A DNA stretch of 64,000 nucleotides from an uncultured Verrucomicrobiae bacterium. Lineage in GTDB: Bacteria > Verrucomicrobiota > Verrucomicrobiia > Chthoniobacterales > JAFAMB01. The stretch is taken from positions 3,200,001 through 3,264,000 of the forward strand of contig CAWIPH010000002.1 of NCBI GenBank assembly GCA_963837955.1, written 5' to 3'. Below the pieces are notes generated by a model. The model worked only from the letters and a program-made list of their open reading frames with translations. It had not been told where the DNA came from and searched no databases. Both the position numbers and the translations under genes were made by a program. This document shows positions 37,206 to 48,236 of this stretch, piece by piece. Each line of letters begins with the position of its first letter. The stretch's first letter is position 1.

Positions 37206-37967
37206 CTAGCGTCGTTCGAAGAAATAGAAATCGGCGAAGGACGTTTCGGCCGGTCGCGCGAGATCATAGGGGTATTTATTAGGGAGATAGTCCGTTTTCC
37301 GCCATTGCGGCTCTTGCTCCTCAATCCAATGAGTGAACAAGCGATGGCGGACATGCGGCGCATCGCTCGGCTCAACCTTGTTGCTTGAGTAGATGACAAC
37401 GAATCGGCCGGCATTGGCGAAAAGAGAGCGCATATAGGCGTCAAACACCTTGTCCTCGACCAGATGGTAGATGACGTCGAGCGAGAGCACGAGATCGAGC
37501 CGGCCGAGATCCGCCGGCATCCGACTGACGAGATAAAAGCTTTTCGCCGCGTCGCCGGAGAAGCGCTGGCGGCAAGCAGAGACCGAACTCTCCGCCACGT
37601 CGATGCCGACATAGCGCGGGTATTCCGCAAGGGTGAGCTGCGCGCCGTCGCCACAACCAAATTCGATGACTGATTGGATGCCCATTCTCGCAACGAAGCC
37701 ATTCAAGGTTTCCGCCTTGAATTCTGCGAGGCGCCCGAAAGAGCCGGGACCCGAGGTGCCACCCTGCCGGTAGCGCTTCTCCCAGTAAGACGAGGAGTCC
37801 CGGAAGCGACGCCGCCACCCTCGCAACTCTTTGACCACCGGGATGCGCGCGACAGAGCGCGCGGCCGCGCCAAGGACGGGCGTCGCTTTTACCAGGGCCT
37901 TCAGGCGGCTACCGCTGTCGGTCTGGCTTGGCTTCATCTGATTCCTTCTGAATAGCTGTTGGGTCAT
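37206..37967 (-). CDS. Class I SAM-dependent methyltransferase
   Basis: YWEKRYRQGGTSGPGS, EFGCGDG, LSLDVIYHL. Confidence 0.85.
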   Translation of the reverse strand: MTQQLFRRNQMKPSQTDSGSRLKALVKATPVLGAAARSVARIPVVKELRGWRRRFRDSSSYWEKRYRQGGTSGPGSFGRLAEFKAETLNGFVARMGIQSVIEFGCGDGAQLTLAEYPRYVGIDVAESSVSACRQRFSGDAAKSFYLVSRMPADLGRLDLVLSLDVIYHLVEDKVFDAYMRSLFANAGRFVVIYSSNKVEPSDAPHVRHRLFTHWIEEQEPQWRKTDYLPNKYPYDLARPAETSFADFYFFERR

Positions 37968-38240
37968 TATGGTTGTTCGTCACTATCAAGTTTCCTAGCA
38001 GCCATTTATGCCAGCCGAAGAGTGACCGGTTAATGCACGCGAACGAATTTTTGCGCCTTCGCACTGCAGAAAAAATGAGTCTCATTCAAACACCAATTCC
38101 GAATTTGGAGCCGGCGCCCATGAGCCTGCCGGTCGATGCGCCTAAACCCGTTCACTGGACAGCCGCAACCAAATTTCAAATCCCTGAAATGCTGGGTCAC
38201 TATCATCGCGTCCGGCCGGACTGTCTTTGCGGCATCCGCT

Positions 38241-39761
38241 CTATCCAGCGTTATGGCGCTTAAAGAAAGTCATGCCCATGATCTGCAGATCGAGAATCAG
38301 ACTCCAATTTTCCAAGTACCAAACGTCGTAGTTAATCCGTTCCCCCAAATCTGTATTGCCTCGCAATCCATGGATCTGCGCCCAACCGGTTATTCCCGGT
38401 TTCGCATTGTGACGAGCATTATAGTGTGGAATGTCGTGTTTAAACCTAGCGACTAATTCGGGGCGTTCCGGCCGAGGTCCGACCAAGCTCATTTCCCCCC
38501 TAAGAACGTTCCAAAACTGCGGCACTTCATCAATGTTCCATTTCCGCATGAAGGCTCCGATTCGCAATCGCCGCGGATCATTCTGGATGGTCCACCCAAC
38601 TTCCCCTTCCCGCTCCGCATCTAGCCGCATACTGCGGATCTTAATGATATCAAAGAGTTTGCCGTTTCTTCCGGATCGCCGTTGCCGGTAGAAAATCGGA
38701 CCCGGAGACTCAGAATATACGATCGCACCAAAAATGAAGAGAATCGGTAATGAGAGCAAAAGCCCTACCGTTGCTCCAGCGATATCAACGGCCCGTTTGA
38801 CTGCCCGGCTCACGATTCGATCGAGAGGTAGCCGGCTGACTCCCAAAACTGGTATTCCGCTGATGGTGTCCAGGTTCAGTCCGGAGACCAGGATCTGGAA
38901 ATAGGAGGGCACAACTTTGAACTCGACCATTTCGCGCTCGCAGGCGTTGGCCAATTGAAGAATGCGTTGCCGGTCATAATCGAGATCAGCCAAAATCAAG
39001 ATATCGATCGCGACCGAAGAAATAATGCGCTCTGCTTCCTCAATTGCGCCTAGATACGGAATGGAGATCTCCGATCGTTCGTCAGCGTGACCGTGAATGT
39101 AGCCTATGACTTGGTACCCCGAACCGGGGGAGTGGATAAAATTCCGCGCTAAATGAGCAGAATGCTGGTTCCAGCCGACAAAGACGACACGCTGGCGAAG
39201 CGCAGAAAGGGCAGAAGTCCGAATCAGGAGTAGCTGGAACACGCTGCGCCAGATCACCAGCATACTCGGGGTGATCACCCAAGCCATTGCGCAGTAGACT
39301 CGTGAAACGGGCGGCTCGAATTTGACTATGAACGATACGAGCAAGATGAATCCGACCCAGGGCACTGACCATTTTAGAATCCGGGTAGTGACAGTCCGTA
39401 AGTTGAGCAGTTTGCGATGGTCGTAGACTCCTCCGTAGCAAAGCATCCCTACGTAAAGCACGGAGGCGAGAATGATGTACCCGAGATATTCGCCGATCTC
39501 GGGTGGCGAGTTAATTCCCCATTCACGGATCGGCGTCTGAAATCGGATGTAGAAGCTTAACAAGAGCGCGCACAGGATGACCAGAATGTCTCCTGCGAAA
39601 GCGACAGCGACTATTTTCTGACCCAGATCTCGGCCCCGGCGGGCGCGCTCATCCAGCGTCGGAAAAGACCAGAGAACTTTTCTGGCATCAGCTACTCCAT
39701 CCGGCAAACCTGAGACTTCCGAAACTACTTTCCCAGCAAACAATTTCTCGTTAATCGACAT
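38241..39761 (-). CDS. wcaJ: Undecaprenyl-phosphate sugar phosphotransferase (initiating transferase)
   Basis: N-terminal TM segments; KRAVDI, SPGPIFYRQ, KIRSM, IDEVPQFWNVLRGEMSLVGPRPERP, KPGITGWAQ; exact sugar specificity not determinable. Confidence 0.88.
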   Translation of the reverse strand: MSINEKLFAGKVVSEVSGLPDGVADARKVLWSFPTLDERARRGRDLGQKIVAVAFAGDILVILCALLLSFYIRFQTPIREWGINSPPEIGEYLGYIILASVLYVGMLCYGGVYDHRKLLNLRTVTTRILKWSVPWVGFILLVSFIVKFEPPVSRVYCAMAWVITPSMLVIWRSVFQLLLIRTSALSALRQRVVFVGWNQHSAHLARNFIHSPGSGYQVIGYIHGHADERSEISIPYLGAIEEAERIISSVAIDILILADLDYDRQRILQLANACEREMVEFKVVPSYFQILVSGLNLDTISGIPVLGVSRLPLDRIVSRAVKRAVDIAGATVGLLLSLPILFIFGAIVYSESPGPIFYRQRRSGRNGKLFDIIKIRSMRLDAEREGEVGWTIQNDPRRLRIGAFMRKWNIDEVPQFWNVLRGEMSLVGPRPERPELVARFKHDIPHYNARHNAKPGITGWAQIHGLRGNTDLGERINYDVWYLENWSLILDLQIMGMTFFKRHNAG

Positions 39762-40247
39762 ATCGTCATCCGTGTTCGACTTCAGTCAGACGTAAGACCA
39801 AATTCTTATATTCAGGAGCATCCCTAAAAACATTCAGGGACGAAAACTCAGCGTGGTGAAAGAAAACCGGCGGAGCGAGACGCAGACAATTTAGGACCAA
39901 GTCTGACGCTCCAACATTTTCAACCCTACCCTCCTTTTTTTTCCCTGAAGCAACAGTAACATGTTGCATTGTATCCCCCATACCCGGCGCTCGGCATGAT
40001 TTTCCAGTTCTTCTGGAAATTATCAGCCCGAACCCCGCTAAACGACCAAAGAAGGCCCCCAAAGTCAAGTGATTTGTCCATCGAATCTCACGACACAGCC
40101 TGAACTGGATCGTAGTTAGTTGATCATCTCAGAATTGCGTGGGATAACGCCTCACGCTCATGATCCAAAACGCTATGTTGCGTTACCTTGCCGAAATTCG
40201 GCCGCACGCCCAGCGCCAAATAAAATCAGCTAGATTTCGATGGAACC

Positions 40248-41534
40248 CTACAACTCCGATGCCGCCAGAGGAGTTAGTCTGTTGGCAACTAACCCTCTTT
40301 CAGTCATTTTTCGTTCTGGGAGGCCGCAGCCATTGGCCATCACCGATTCGACGTACTTGCGCAGCCGATCAATAAAAATAGATGTATCAAACCTGCGGGC
40401 ATGTAACTGGATCTGTTCCGGCACGAACATATCCTCGGAAGACTCAAAGGATAGGATTGCGTTAGCTAACGCATCCGCCGTTTGCTCCGCAAAAAACACA
40501 CCGGTAATCGCGCTACCCTCTTCGAGCGTCTGTTGCCGAGTCGGAGCATAGACGCCTACGACAGTTTCCAGAGATCCTCCCTTTCCAAAAGCGATCACCG
40601 GGCGACCATACGATTGCGCTTCCAAGGGAACCATCCCAAAATCTTCGTCTGCGGCGAACAGCAAAGCTCGGCATTGCGCATAGACATTTCGTAATTGGGC
40701 CTCATCCACCTCTCCTAGGAATTCAATATTCGGGCCGGAATGCCTCTTCAACCGCTTCATTTCTGGCCCGTCGCCCACGATCACTAATTTCCGGCCGAGC
40801 TTGCTACAAGCGTCTATCAAAATATCCGTACGCTTATATGGAACAAGTCGTCCTACGGCTAGGTAGTAATCCTCATGCTTCCTGGCCAAGAAGCTCTGGG
40901 AAGTATTGATTGGAGGATGAATGATAGTGCTGTCTCGCCGGTAATACTTGCGGATACGCCCGGCGACATAGTTAGAATTTGCGATGAAGTGATCCACTCT
41001 TTGGGCCGCCGAATAGTCCCAGTTCCGTACATAGTGAGAGGCTAGCCCGAAAATTGTTTGGGCTAGCGGAGACATCTGACGTAAATATGCTGAGTACCCA
41101 TCCCAGAGGTAACGCATGGGAGAATGGCAGTAGCAAATATGCGTCGCATTCGGGTCAGTAACTACCCCTTTCATTGGCCCACTATCCGAGGTAATGACCA
41201 GATCGTATCCGCTCAGATCCAGCATTTCCACAGCCAAAGGATAAAATGGTAAAAAATGCCGATGGGCTCGGCGCGCGCCTGGGGTTTTGTCGAGAAAAGA
41301 GGTAGTTATTTTACGTTTCTGTAACGCCGGCGGAAGTTTTTGCTTATCCAGGAAAAGAGTAAAAACGTCGGCAGTTGGGAATATGCTTGCGATGGTGTCG
41401 ACGACCCGTTCGCCACCTGCCAGCGAGATAAACCAATGATGAACTATGGCCACTCGCATACCGTCGAAGTCGATACTATGCTGGTGAGTACTGTGAGTCA
41501 GGCATTCATCTGCCGTCTGAAGGAACGTGCTCAT
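40248..41534 (-). CDS. GT4 glycosyltransferase
   Basis: GGERVV, CYCHSPMRYLWD, GRLVPYKR, EDFGMVPLEAQ. Confidence 0.9.
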   Translation of the reverse strand: MSTFLQTADECLTHSTHQHSIDFDGMRVAIVHHWFISLAGGERVVDTIASIFPTADVFTLFLDKQKLPPALQKRKITTSFLDKTPGARRAHRHFLPFYPLAVEMLDLSGYDLVITSDSGPMKGVVTDPNATHICYCHSPMRYLWDGYSAYLRQMSPLAQTIFGLASHYVRNWDYSAAQRVDHFIANSNYVAGRIRKYYRRDSTIIHPPINTSQSFLARKHEDYYLAVGRLVPYKRTDILIDACSKLGRKLVIVGDGPEMKRLKRHSGPNIEFLGEVDEAQLRNVYAQCRALLFAADEDFGMVPLEAQSYGRPVIAFGKGGSLETVVGVYAPTRQQTLEEGSAITGVFFAEQTADALANAILSFESSEDMFVPEQIQLHARRFDTSIFIDRLRKYVESVMANGCGLPERKMTERGLVANRLTPLAASEL

Positions 41535-41742
41535 TCGGTTAGTGGATAATCAACAATTGGTGAGTGGAAGAGATCGAGACAGTGACAGAAATCCGGAGAT
41601 CTGGCGGCCAGTTCCACGGAGTCTCGGTTTGGTTCCAGTTAAATCCCGTCGATGTTAACATAGATATACTTTTTCAGCGGGCGCAGCTGACCACGAGGAA
41701 CAAGCAAGACAGGCACGCCGAGGTCTCCGACCGTGGAGAAGG

Positions 41743-43128
41743 TTAGTTCTGTTTATGATTCGCGCGCGCCAGCAGGAAACTCCGCAATTCCGTGCCGATA
41801 GACACCAGAGAGAAATCTTGAGCCCGTTTCTTCGCGCGAAATCCTAGATCTTGTGATAGCTCGATATCGTCCAGCAATCTTTCCAATGCACTCGCCAACG
41901 CAGAAACATCCGCAATCGGAGCTATTATGCCCGGCAACGGCGCTTCATCACCCATGATTTCGGCCACACCTGGGACGGCCGTCGCAACCACCGGCAATCC
42001 GCAAGCCATCCCTTCTAAAGGCGCAACCGGAAAGCCCTCGTGCCGGGACGCCATCACGTAAACATCGGCGGCGGAAAGCCACGTACGCATGAGGGGTCGG
42101 TCACGAATGTAACTGTCGATCCAGAGAACGGATGAATCATGTCGCCCATGTAGCATGCCACGGAATTTGGGAGCGTCGTCGCCGGAGCCGATGAGGACGA
42201 GCCGCCAATCTTGACCAAGATGTGCTGCTCGAAGTTTAGACCAAGCATCAAGTAATAGATCCAGACCTTTTCGGAAGATATCGATGCGCCCGTGCGAGAT
42301 CGCTATTCGGGCATCGAGTGGTAGATCCAGCGTCTTTCGAGCTTCCGCGCGGGGGATCGGCTGCCATTCAGTGAGGTCAAGAGGATTGGGAAGGCGCGCG
42401 ATCTTGTCAGGCGCGACCCGATACTCTGACTGCACTCTTGCGACTTCGTTGCTAGGACCAATAATCAACCCTGCACACTGCCTTACTGCAGGCGGGCGCG
42501 TTATCTTTTCCAGCCGGCTGATCTGCCAGTTACCGCCCTGAAAGGTAGCAAAAACGGGAAGATCGAGAAGGCGCCCAAGCGCGGTTACGACGTCGAAGCG
42601 AGCATATTCGTACTCTTGGCAAAGGATCATGCCGACGCCCCTGCGTCTGAGTTCTCGCCGGAGACTCCACGGCGGCGTGGCGAAGTAAGGGAGAAGGTGT
42701 CGAAGAAGTTTTTTCGCCGGCTTGAGCAGCTTTCGGCCGGCGAACATGTTGGCGGTCTCCCAGGCATAGGGATCTGCAAAAAACTGCCGCATCCAAAGGT
42801 AGGATCGCTTAGCCGGAATAAGGCATATTTCCGCGCCGGTGGATTTATGTCGTTTCGAACCAACCACGCGGGCCCGGCTTGAGAAACAAAAGATAGTGAC
42901 CTGAAAACCGACAAGCTGAAGCGCCCGGACATAACCAAAAAGCCAGCCACCGGTCATTTCCATGCAGAACTGCTCAAATGATACTCCGAGTCCATCGAGA
43001 AAATCCTCGACGGTATGACCCCACGGCAATAGCGCGACGTGCAGCCTATCGGGAGGCCTGGGCTGGTTGATTAGAGGTGATTTGCCTCTGCTCGGGTCGA
43101 TGTCCAACGCGAGGTCTGATCCATGCAT
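41743..43128 (-). CDS. GT4 glycosyltransferase
   Basis: HGRIDIFRKGLD, SRHEGFPVAPLEGMACGLP; start uncertain (43128 or 43170), overlaps upstream ORF. Confidence 0.85.
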   Translation of the reverse strand: MHGSDLALDIDPSRGKSPLINQPRPPDRLHVALLPWGHTVEDFLDGLGVSFEQFCMEMTGGWLFGYVRALQLVGFQVTIFCFSSRARVVGSKRHKSTGAEICLIPAKRSYLWMRQFFADPYAWETANMFAGRKLLKPAKKLLRHLLPYFATPPWSLRRELRRRGVGMILCQEYEYARFDVVTALGRLLDLPVFATFQGGNWQISRLEKITRPPAVRQCAGLIIGPSNEVARVQSEYRVAPDKIARLPNPLDLTEWQPIPRAEARKTLDLPLDARIAISHGRIDIFRKGLDLLLDAWSKLRAAHLGQDWRLVLIGSGDDAPKFRGMLHGRHDSSVLWIDSYIRDRPLMRTWLSAADVYVMASRHEGFPVAPLEGMACGLPVVATAVPGVAEIMGDEAPLPGIIAPIADVSALASALERLLDDIELSQDLGFRAKKRAQDFSLVSIGTELRSFLLARANHKQN

Positions 43129-45181
43129 AAGCAGTTTCTGTCCCTTTCGTCCCGGCACGATGAAACGCATACCCGGCCAGGGTGATTGGGCCGAGCATCG
43201 CCCAGCAAAGCTGTCGCCAGCGCCTGGTCAGATTTGAGAATCCGACATCGTGGCACAGGACGGTTAGTGGATTGATAAAACTAGCGGTCAGGCCAGCTGG
43301 AAAACCAACTAGCTTCTCGATTTCGGTTCGCGAGTAGCCGCGGCGAACGTGCCCCCATTCAGCAAACAGGTTTTCCTCGGGGGGACAATACGCTCTCATG
43401 AATCGATAAAAAGGAAACCGCCAGTTTTCATTTGGCGTGCTGACCAGCAGGAATCCACCGGGGCGCAAGACGCGAAATGCCTCCCGCACCGCCTGGCGGT
43501 CATTCGGTACATGTTCCAGGAGATCAAACATGGTGACCGCATCAAAACTTTCATCTTCGAATGGCAGATCGGTCGCATCCCCGCAGACAAAGCGGACACC
43601 GGGCCGCTGATTACACGGAGCCGATGCATATTCGCCATTGAGATCGATATTTATGACTTGAGCGTTTGGGTATAGCAGCGAAGTGACTCCACTGCGACCA
43701 CCGCCAACTTCTAGAATCTTTACGACCGGAGCATCGGGTGCGACTCGATGGATCGCCCGCATTTTTTCGCGGTAGAAAAGACCTTGCGTATACGGACCTG
43801 GAAATGGGTTGTCATTGAGAAAATCGGCAAGAGCCCGTTTGTGTCGGTGAGGCATGGCATGTGAGCTGGATTTAGGATCAAGATTTGAGCGCAACGAGGA
43901 CGTGAAAGCACTCGGCTGTGATTGACGGAAGTAGGTCACGAATCCTGAAGCACACCCGAGCAGTTCGCCGAAAAACGAGCTCCAATCGTCGTTGAGCCGC
44001 ATCCGCTTCAGCCGCCGGTAATAGGCATATGGAATCGTTGTAAAGAGCCTCCGGATATTTCCAAAATGCCGGTGTTTTTCGAACTGCACCAACAACGCCG
44101 CGACGTGGCCGCGCATATATTGCTTCATCTGGCTTCTGAAAGCGTCGCGATCGACGCGATGCGAATGCCATACAACCGCGCGTGGCTCGTACACAATCGA
44201 CATTCCCGCTGCCAGCATCCGATACCAAAATTCAGAGTCTTCGCTGCAACCGGAAGCGCCTGCACCAAGACGCTCATCGAAAAGCCCAATCCGGCTGAAC
44301 GCGTTCCGGCGGAAAGCCATGTTTGCGCCCGCCCCAATACGCCAGACGGGGACCCCCCGGTCCAGCATGCTATTAAAGAAAAACGAGTCGAAAGCGATCG
44401 GACGGTAACCGCGGCTGAACCCGCCGAAGTCTAGTTCGAAACGGATCTGTGACTCGGTATCCAATTCCGCTGGGAGCACCAATCCAGCAATCCCGAATAC
44501 TGTGTCGTGCGACAATGCCTGCCAAACCCCCAGCAGCCAACGTGGATGAACCTGCACGTCATCGTCAGTAAACGCCACGATCTCCCCGCAAGAACGCAAA
44601 ATGCCGCTATTTCGCGCCCGGCTGAGTCCCAAAGCGGGCTCCGGCCGATAAATCACTCCGGCAAACTCTTCGACCACATTGAGGGTGCAGGGTTCTTCGG
44701 GCGCGTTATCAACCACGATAATTTCCGCCGGGGACGGATCCAGTCGCTGAAGAGCGGTCAAGCAGCGTCTCAATTTCTCGGGACGCCGGCGGGTACACAC
44801 GATCACCGAAACCGGAACCTGTCTTGGGGCCAGCAGAGCTTTGCTTGTCAGATTCTTCAGCGGCTGGCTCAGAGCAGCGAGCGATTCGAGCGGCGCAGGG
44901 AAATTGTCAGCAGGGTTCGGCCGCCGGATCGGAAGGGATGGCTTGAAGCCGTTTTTCAATGAATAATACCCAACCGCAGGAGCAATCGCGCGCAAAGCTC
45001 TCCGCTGAATGTCGGCTTCATTGAGTGGAAACTCACCATCGTGAACCAGTGTATGACCGAGTGGGATATCGTTCCACCAAAACACAAGGTATACTCCCAC
45101 GGCATTTCCGGGTGTGCTCATCGCGCGAAGCGGTTCATTGAGCCTCACCTGAATGACTTCCCATCGATCAGGATCGCTCAT
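43046..45181 (-). CDS. GT2 glycosyltransferase fused to a C-terminal SAM methyltransferase
   Basis: VSVIVCT, VVDNAP, AFTDDD, GAGANMAF, SED; then LEVGGG, DLPFEDESFD, LRPGG; ATG at 45181 overlaps upstream TGA. Confidence 0.8.
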   Translation of the reverse strand: MSDPDRWEVIQVRLNEPLRAMSTPGNAVGVYLVFWWNDIPLGHTLVHDGEFPLNEADIQRRALRAIAPAVGYYSLKNGFKPSLPIRRPNPADNFPAPLESLAALSQPLKNLTSKALLAPRQVPVSVIVCTRRRPEKLRRCLTALQRLDPSPAEIIVVDNAPEEPCTLNVVEEFAGVIYRPEPALGLSRARNSGILRSCGEIVAFTDDDVQVHPRWLLGVWQALSHDTVFGIAGLVLPAELDTESQIRFELDFGGFSRGYRPIAFDSFFFNSMLDRGVPVWRIGAGANMAFRRNAFSRIGLFDERLGAGASGCSEDSEFWYRMLAAGMSIVYEPRAVVWHSHRVDRDAFRSQMKQYMRGHVAALLVQFEKHRHFGNIRRLFTTIPYAYYRRLKRMRLNDDWSSFFGELLGCASGFVTYFRQSQPSAFTSSLRSNLDPKSSSHAMPHRHKRALADFLNDNPFPGPYTQGLFYREKMRAIHRVAPDAPVVKILEVGGGRSGVTSLLYPNAQVINIDLNGEYASAPCNQRPGVRFVCGDATDLPFEDESFDAVTMFDLLEHVPNDRQAVREAFRVLRPGGFLLVSTPNENWRFPFYRFMRAYCPPEENLFAEWGHVRRGYSRTEIEKLVGFPAGLTASFINPLTVLCHDVGFSNLTRRWRQLCWAMLGPITLAGYAFHRAGTKGTETAYAWIRPRVGHRPEQRQITSNQPAQASR

Positions 45182-46393
45182 GCGAAATCCCTTCGAACCG
45201 TTGCGATGCGTTTCAAGGAGCGGGGGTATTCGCCAAAAATACCCACCATTCCTCCGCAGAATTCCGCAAATATCATCGAGAAAGGCAGAACATGCTTGCC
45301 GCGGAACGCTTCGCAGAGTTGTAGGAGCTGGTCGCGGATCCACCAGATCACCAAACGACGAAATCGGGCGCGTTGGGCTGGATCGTTCCGATAGCTCTTC
45401 TCCACAAAGGCCATGAATCCCAAACCCCAAGTGTAATACTGGCGTCGCAGACCCGATTCGGAGGCGCGGTGTTCATGGAAGACCATGTAACTGGGCTCAT
45501 AGACCACCACGTGGCCGGCTCGGATGATCCGATAAAAAATGTCAAGATCGCCACCGCCCGGAAGAGGAGCTCCGGTATCGAGGGCTTCATCGAATCCGCC
45601 GATGTCGCGCAGCACGTCGCGGCGGAACGCCATGTTGCAACCTGCGCCGAAGATACCGGCGCCGCACGGATAAAGCGGATTGCCAGGCAATCTCTCGGCC
45701 AAATCGATTCTTGTCGAAGCCACGCCGGAACCCATTCCTTTTCTCAAAGAGCACCTGCGCTGTCGTATCCAGTCTCAGCGGCATCACTAGCCCGGTGAAC
45801 AGCGGCAGCATCCGGAGTTCTCGCCCCACGCTTCCTCGCAAACCCGCAAACCAGCCCGAGTCTACAACAACGTCATCGTCGAGATAAGCAATCAGCTCCC
45901 CGGTCGCTTCCATCCAGGCTCGGTTGCGCGCAAAGTCCAGACCCGGGCGTCTTTCCCAGACGTACCGCACGCCGGTGAGGACCTTTTAACAAGTTTGGCG
46001 GTTGTATCGTCAGAAGGCGCATTGTCGATAACCAGAAGTTCAAAGCCGTATTTCCGCTGCAGCGGAAGAACCGAATCGAGACAGCGGTTAAGGGTCGCAA
46101 CTCGATCTCTGGTGCAAATGGCAACCGAGAGCGACGGAAAGGAAACGTTCGTCCGCGGCGGGGCAAGCTCGTCGCGAATTGCTTCCTCAACAATTTTCGT
46201 TTTCAGCTCATCACCGATCCAGCGGTTCAACTCTTCTGGGGACCAGGTCAGTTTGCCCGCAGTTTTCTCGCATAAGAAAGCCAATCGGTCGCCCGTTACG
46301 CCGGATAAGAAGTGCCGCTCCGTTCTCATCAGGTCCAAACTCTAAAGACCCCAGAGGGTGGGTGACTTCTGTCTCACCGAGTCGATAGCGCAT
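45178..46393 (-). pseudogene. GT2 glycosyltransferase, frameshifted
   Basis: SVAICTRDR/VIDNAP, ARN..AYLDDD and GAGCNMAF/GGGDLD motifs fall in different frames. Confidence 0.75.
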
Positions 46394-48193
46394 GGGCTCG
46401 TAACTTCTCGCCTGAATGCTTCTTCCGAAGTTGAAGCGCGTAGAAACGCGAGAAAAGCCCTCCGTGGCCAAAAGCTGCGTTACCGACCCGCTCTCGACGA
46501 TTTTCCCAGCATCAAGCACGATAACTTTATCGGCATGCTCAATGGTGCTGATCCGATGGGCGATGATCAATACGGTTCGGCCGTGTCCGAACTCTTCAAG
46601 GGCATCCTGGAACGACTTTTTCCGAGATAAGATCGAGCGAATTTGTCGCCTCATCGAGAATCAAATTTGTGGATCTCGGATGAACGCGCGCGCCAGTGCC
46701 AGCCTTTGCCGTTGACCGCCAGAGAGGCGCGAGACCCCAATCCCCGAGAGATCGTTTCAAACCCATCTGGCAGATCCTCGATGAACTCCAGGGCATGCGC
46801 TTTACGGGCCGCTTCCAGGAGTTCTTCGCGGGTGGCATCGAGCTTCCCGTAGATGATGTTGTCGGCCACACTCGCATTAAAAAGAAAGATGTCCTGGCTT
46901 ACTACCGCGATCTGGTTACGCCACCAGGTTAGATCAAGCTCGGGCAGCGGAATCCCGTCAATCAATAGACGCCCTGAAGAAGGATCGTAAAAGCGGCAGA
47001 TCAAACTGATCAGGCTAGACTTGCCGGCGCCCGACGGACCAACCAAGGCAGTGGTTTCGCCAATGTTGATCGAACAGGTTACCTGATCTAGAGCCGGACC
47101 TTTTTCGGAGCCGTAATAGAGTGAGACATTCTCGAAGAGGATCCTTTTCTCGACCGACTCAGGCACCCGGGCACCACTGCGTAGATAGGGCTTATCGGTC
47201 TCATCGAGAAGTCTCTTCACTTCTTCGACGGAAGCTGAGAAAGCATTAAGCGCCACCCGATCGCGAATCGAACTGTTTAATGCGGGGCTGCAGTCGATAC
47301 AGCAGGATCAGAAAAATGAACGAGGCCGCCATCTGTCCGGGAGCGCGCATTGCCATCACCGCCACGATGCCAAGCAACAAAGACGCCGTAAGCATTTCGG
47401 ACAACGGATGAACCAATGCGGAGGTGCTCTCCAGTTTCCAGAAGATCTTTCTCACCTTACGCGAAGCTACGTTAAACCGGTTCTGCTCGTGACTTTCACG
47501 TCCAAAGGCGCGAATCAGCCGCAGGCCATGAAACGTCTCAAGCATTCGTTGAGAAAGGGTTGCGTTTGCGGCTGTTGCCTGAAGACCGAGCTGCTTCGCG
47601 CGGCCGGTGAGGCCTTTGAACGATTTGAGAGATCAATAGCAGCAAGCAGCCAGTGATCAGCGTTAGCTTCCAGGAAATCAGCAGTAGTAGGATACCCAAG
47701 ATCAGCGTCATACAGGCATTAATAATCACGTTAGCGAGCACTGCGAACGCGGAGCTGACACGCCAGGTATCGGTGCCCAGGGTATTCAGTAATTTCCCGG
47801 AATCGTTCGCGTCCAAGTAGCTCTGGCTCACGCTGAGCAATTGATGAAGAATACCGCAACGAAGCCGATGGCTGATGGACGCATTCACCCACTGGAAGAG
47901 CAACGAGTAGGCGTAGCTGAGAATATTTTTCAGCACTACACACAAAAGAATACTGAGACCGATCCACCAAAGCCGCGTCTCGGCCGGAATTCCCTGGAAC
48001 ACAGCTGTCATCCTACCAAGAACGCCGGCATCCCCGGTCCCATCTGATTCTGTACGAGCGGAACCAATAGTGAAATTGAGAGACCTTCTGACAACGCAGT
48101 CAGTACCCCGAGAATAATCATGACCGAGAGCATCCAACGCTGAAGGCGCAGTAAGGGAAAGAGGGCTCTAAGAGCATGCACGAGAACAGCCAT
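46374..48193 (-). pseudogene. MsbA/HepA-like ABC exporter (TMD+NBD), frameshifted
   Basis: TM segments, GPSGAGKS, split LSGGQRQ signature, ILDEATNSLD and IIAHRISTI spread over at least 6 ORF fragments. Confidence 0.8.
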
Positions 48194-48236
48194 CGATTAA
48201 GCTCCGTCGTCCAACGCCGCAGACCAGCGCGCCAGC

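Noticed and set aside
37968..38240. Possible ncRNA or riboswitch in the intergenic gap
   Set aside because: Only short imperfect hairpins; no family consensus recognisable by eye
39766..40247. 100-aa ORF or ops/JUMPStart element upstream of the WcaJ-like gene
   Set aside because: No recognisable protein motif and no GGCGGTAG element seen; likely a promoter region
45182..45430. N-terminal 83 aa of the 794-aa ORF
   Set aside because: Overlaps the upstream GT2 C-terminus; ATGA coupling at 45178-45181 indicates the real start
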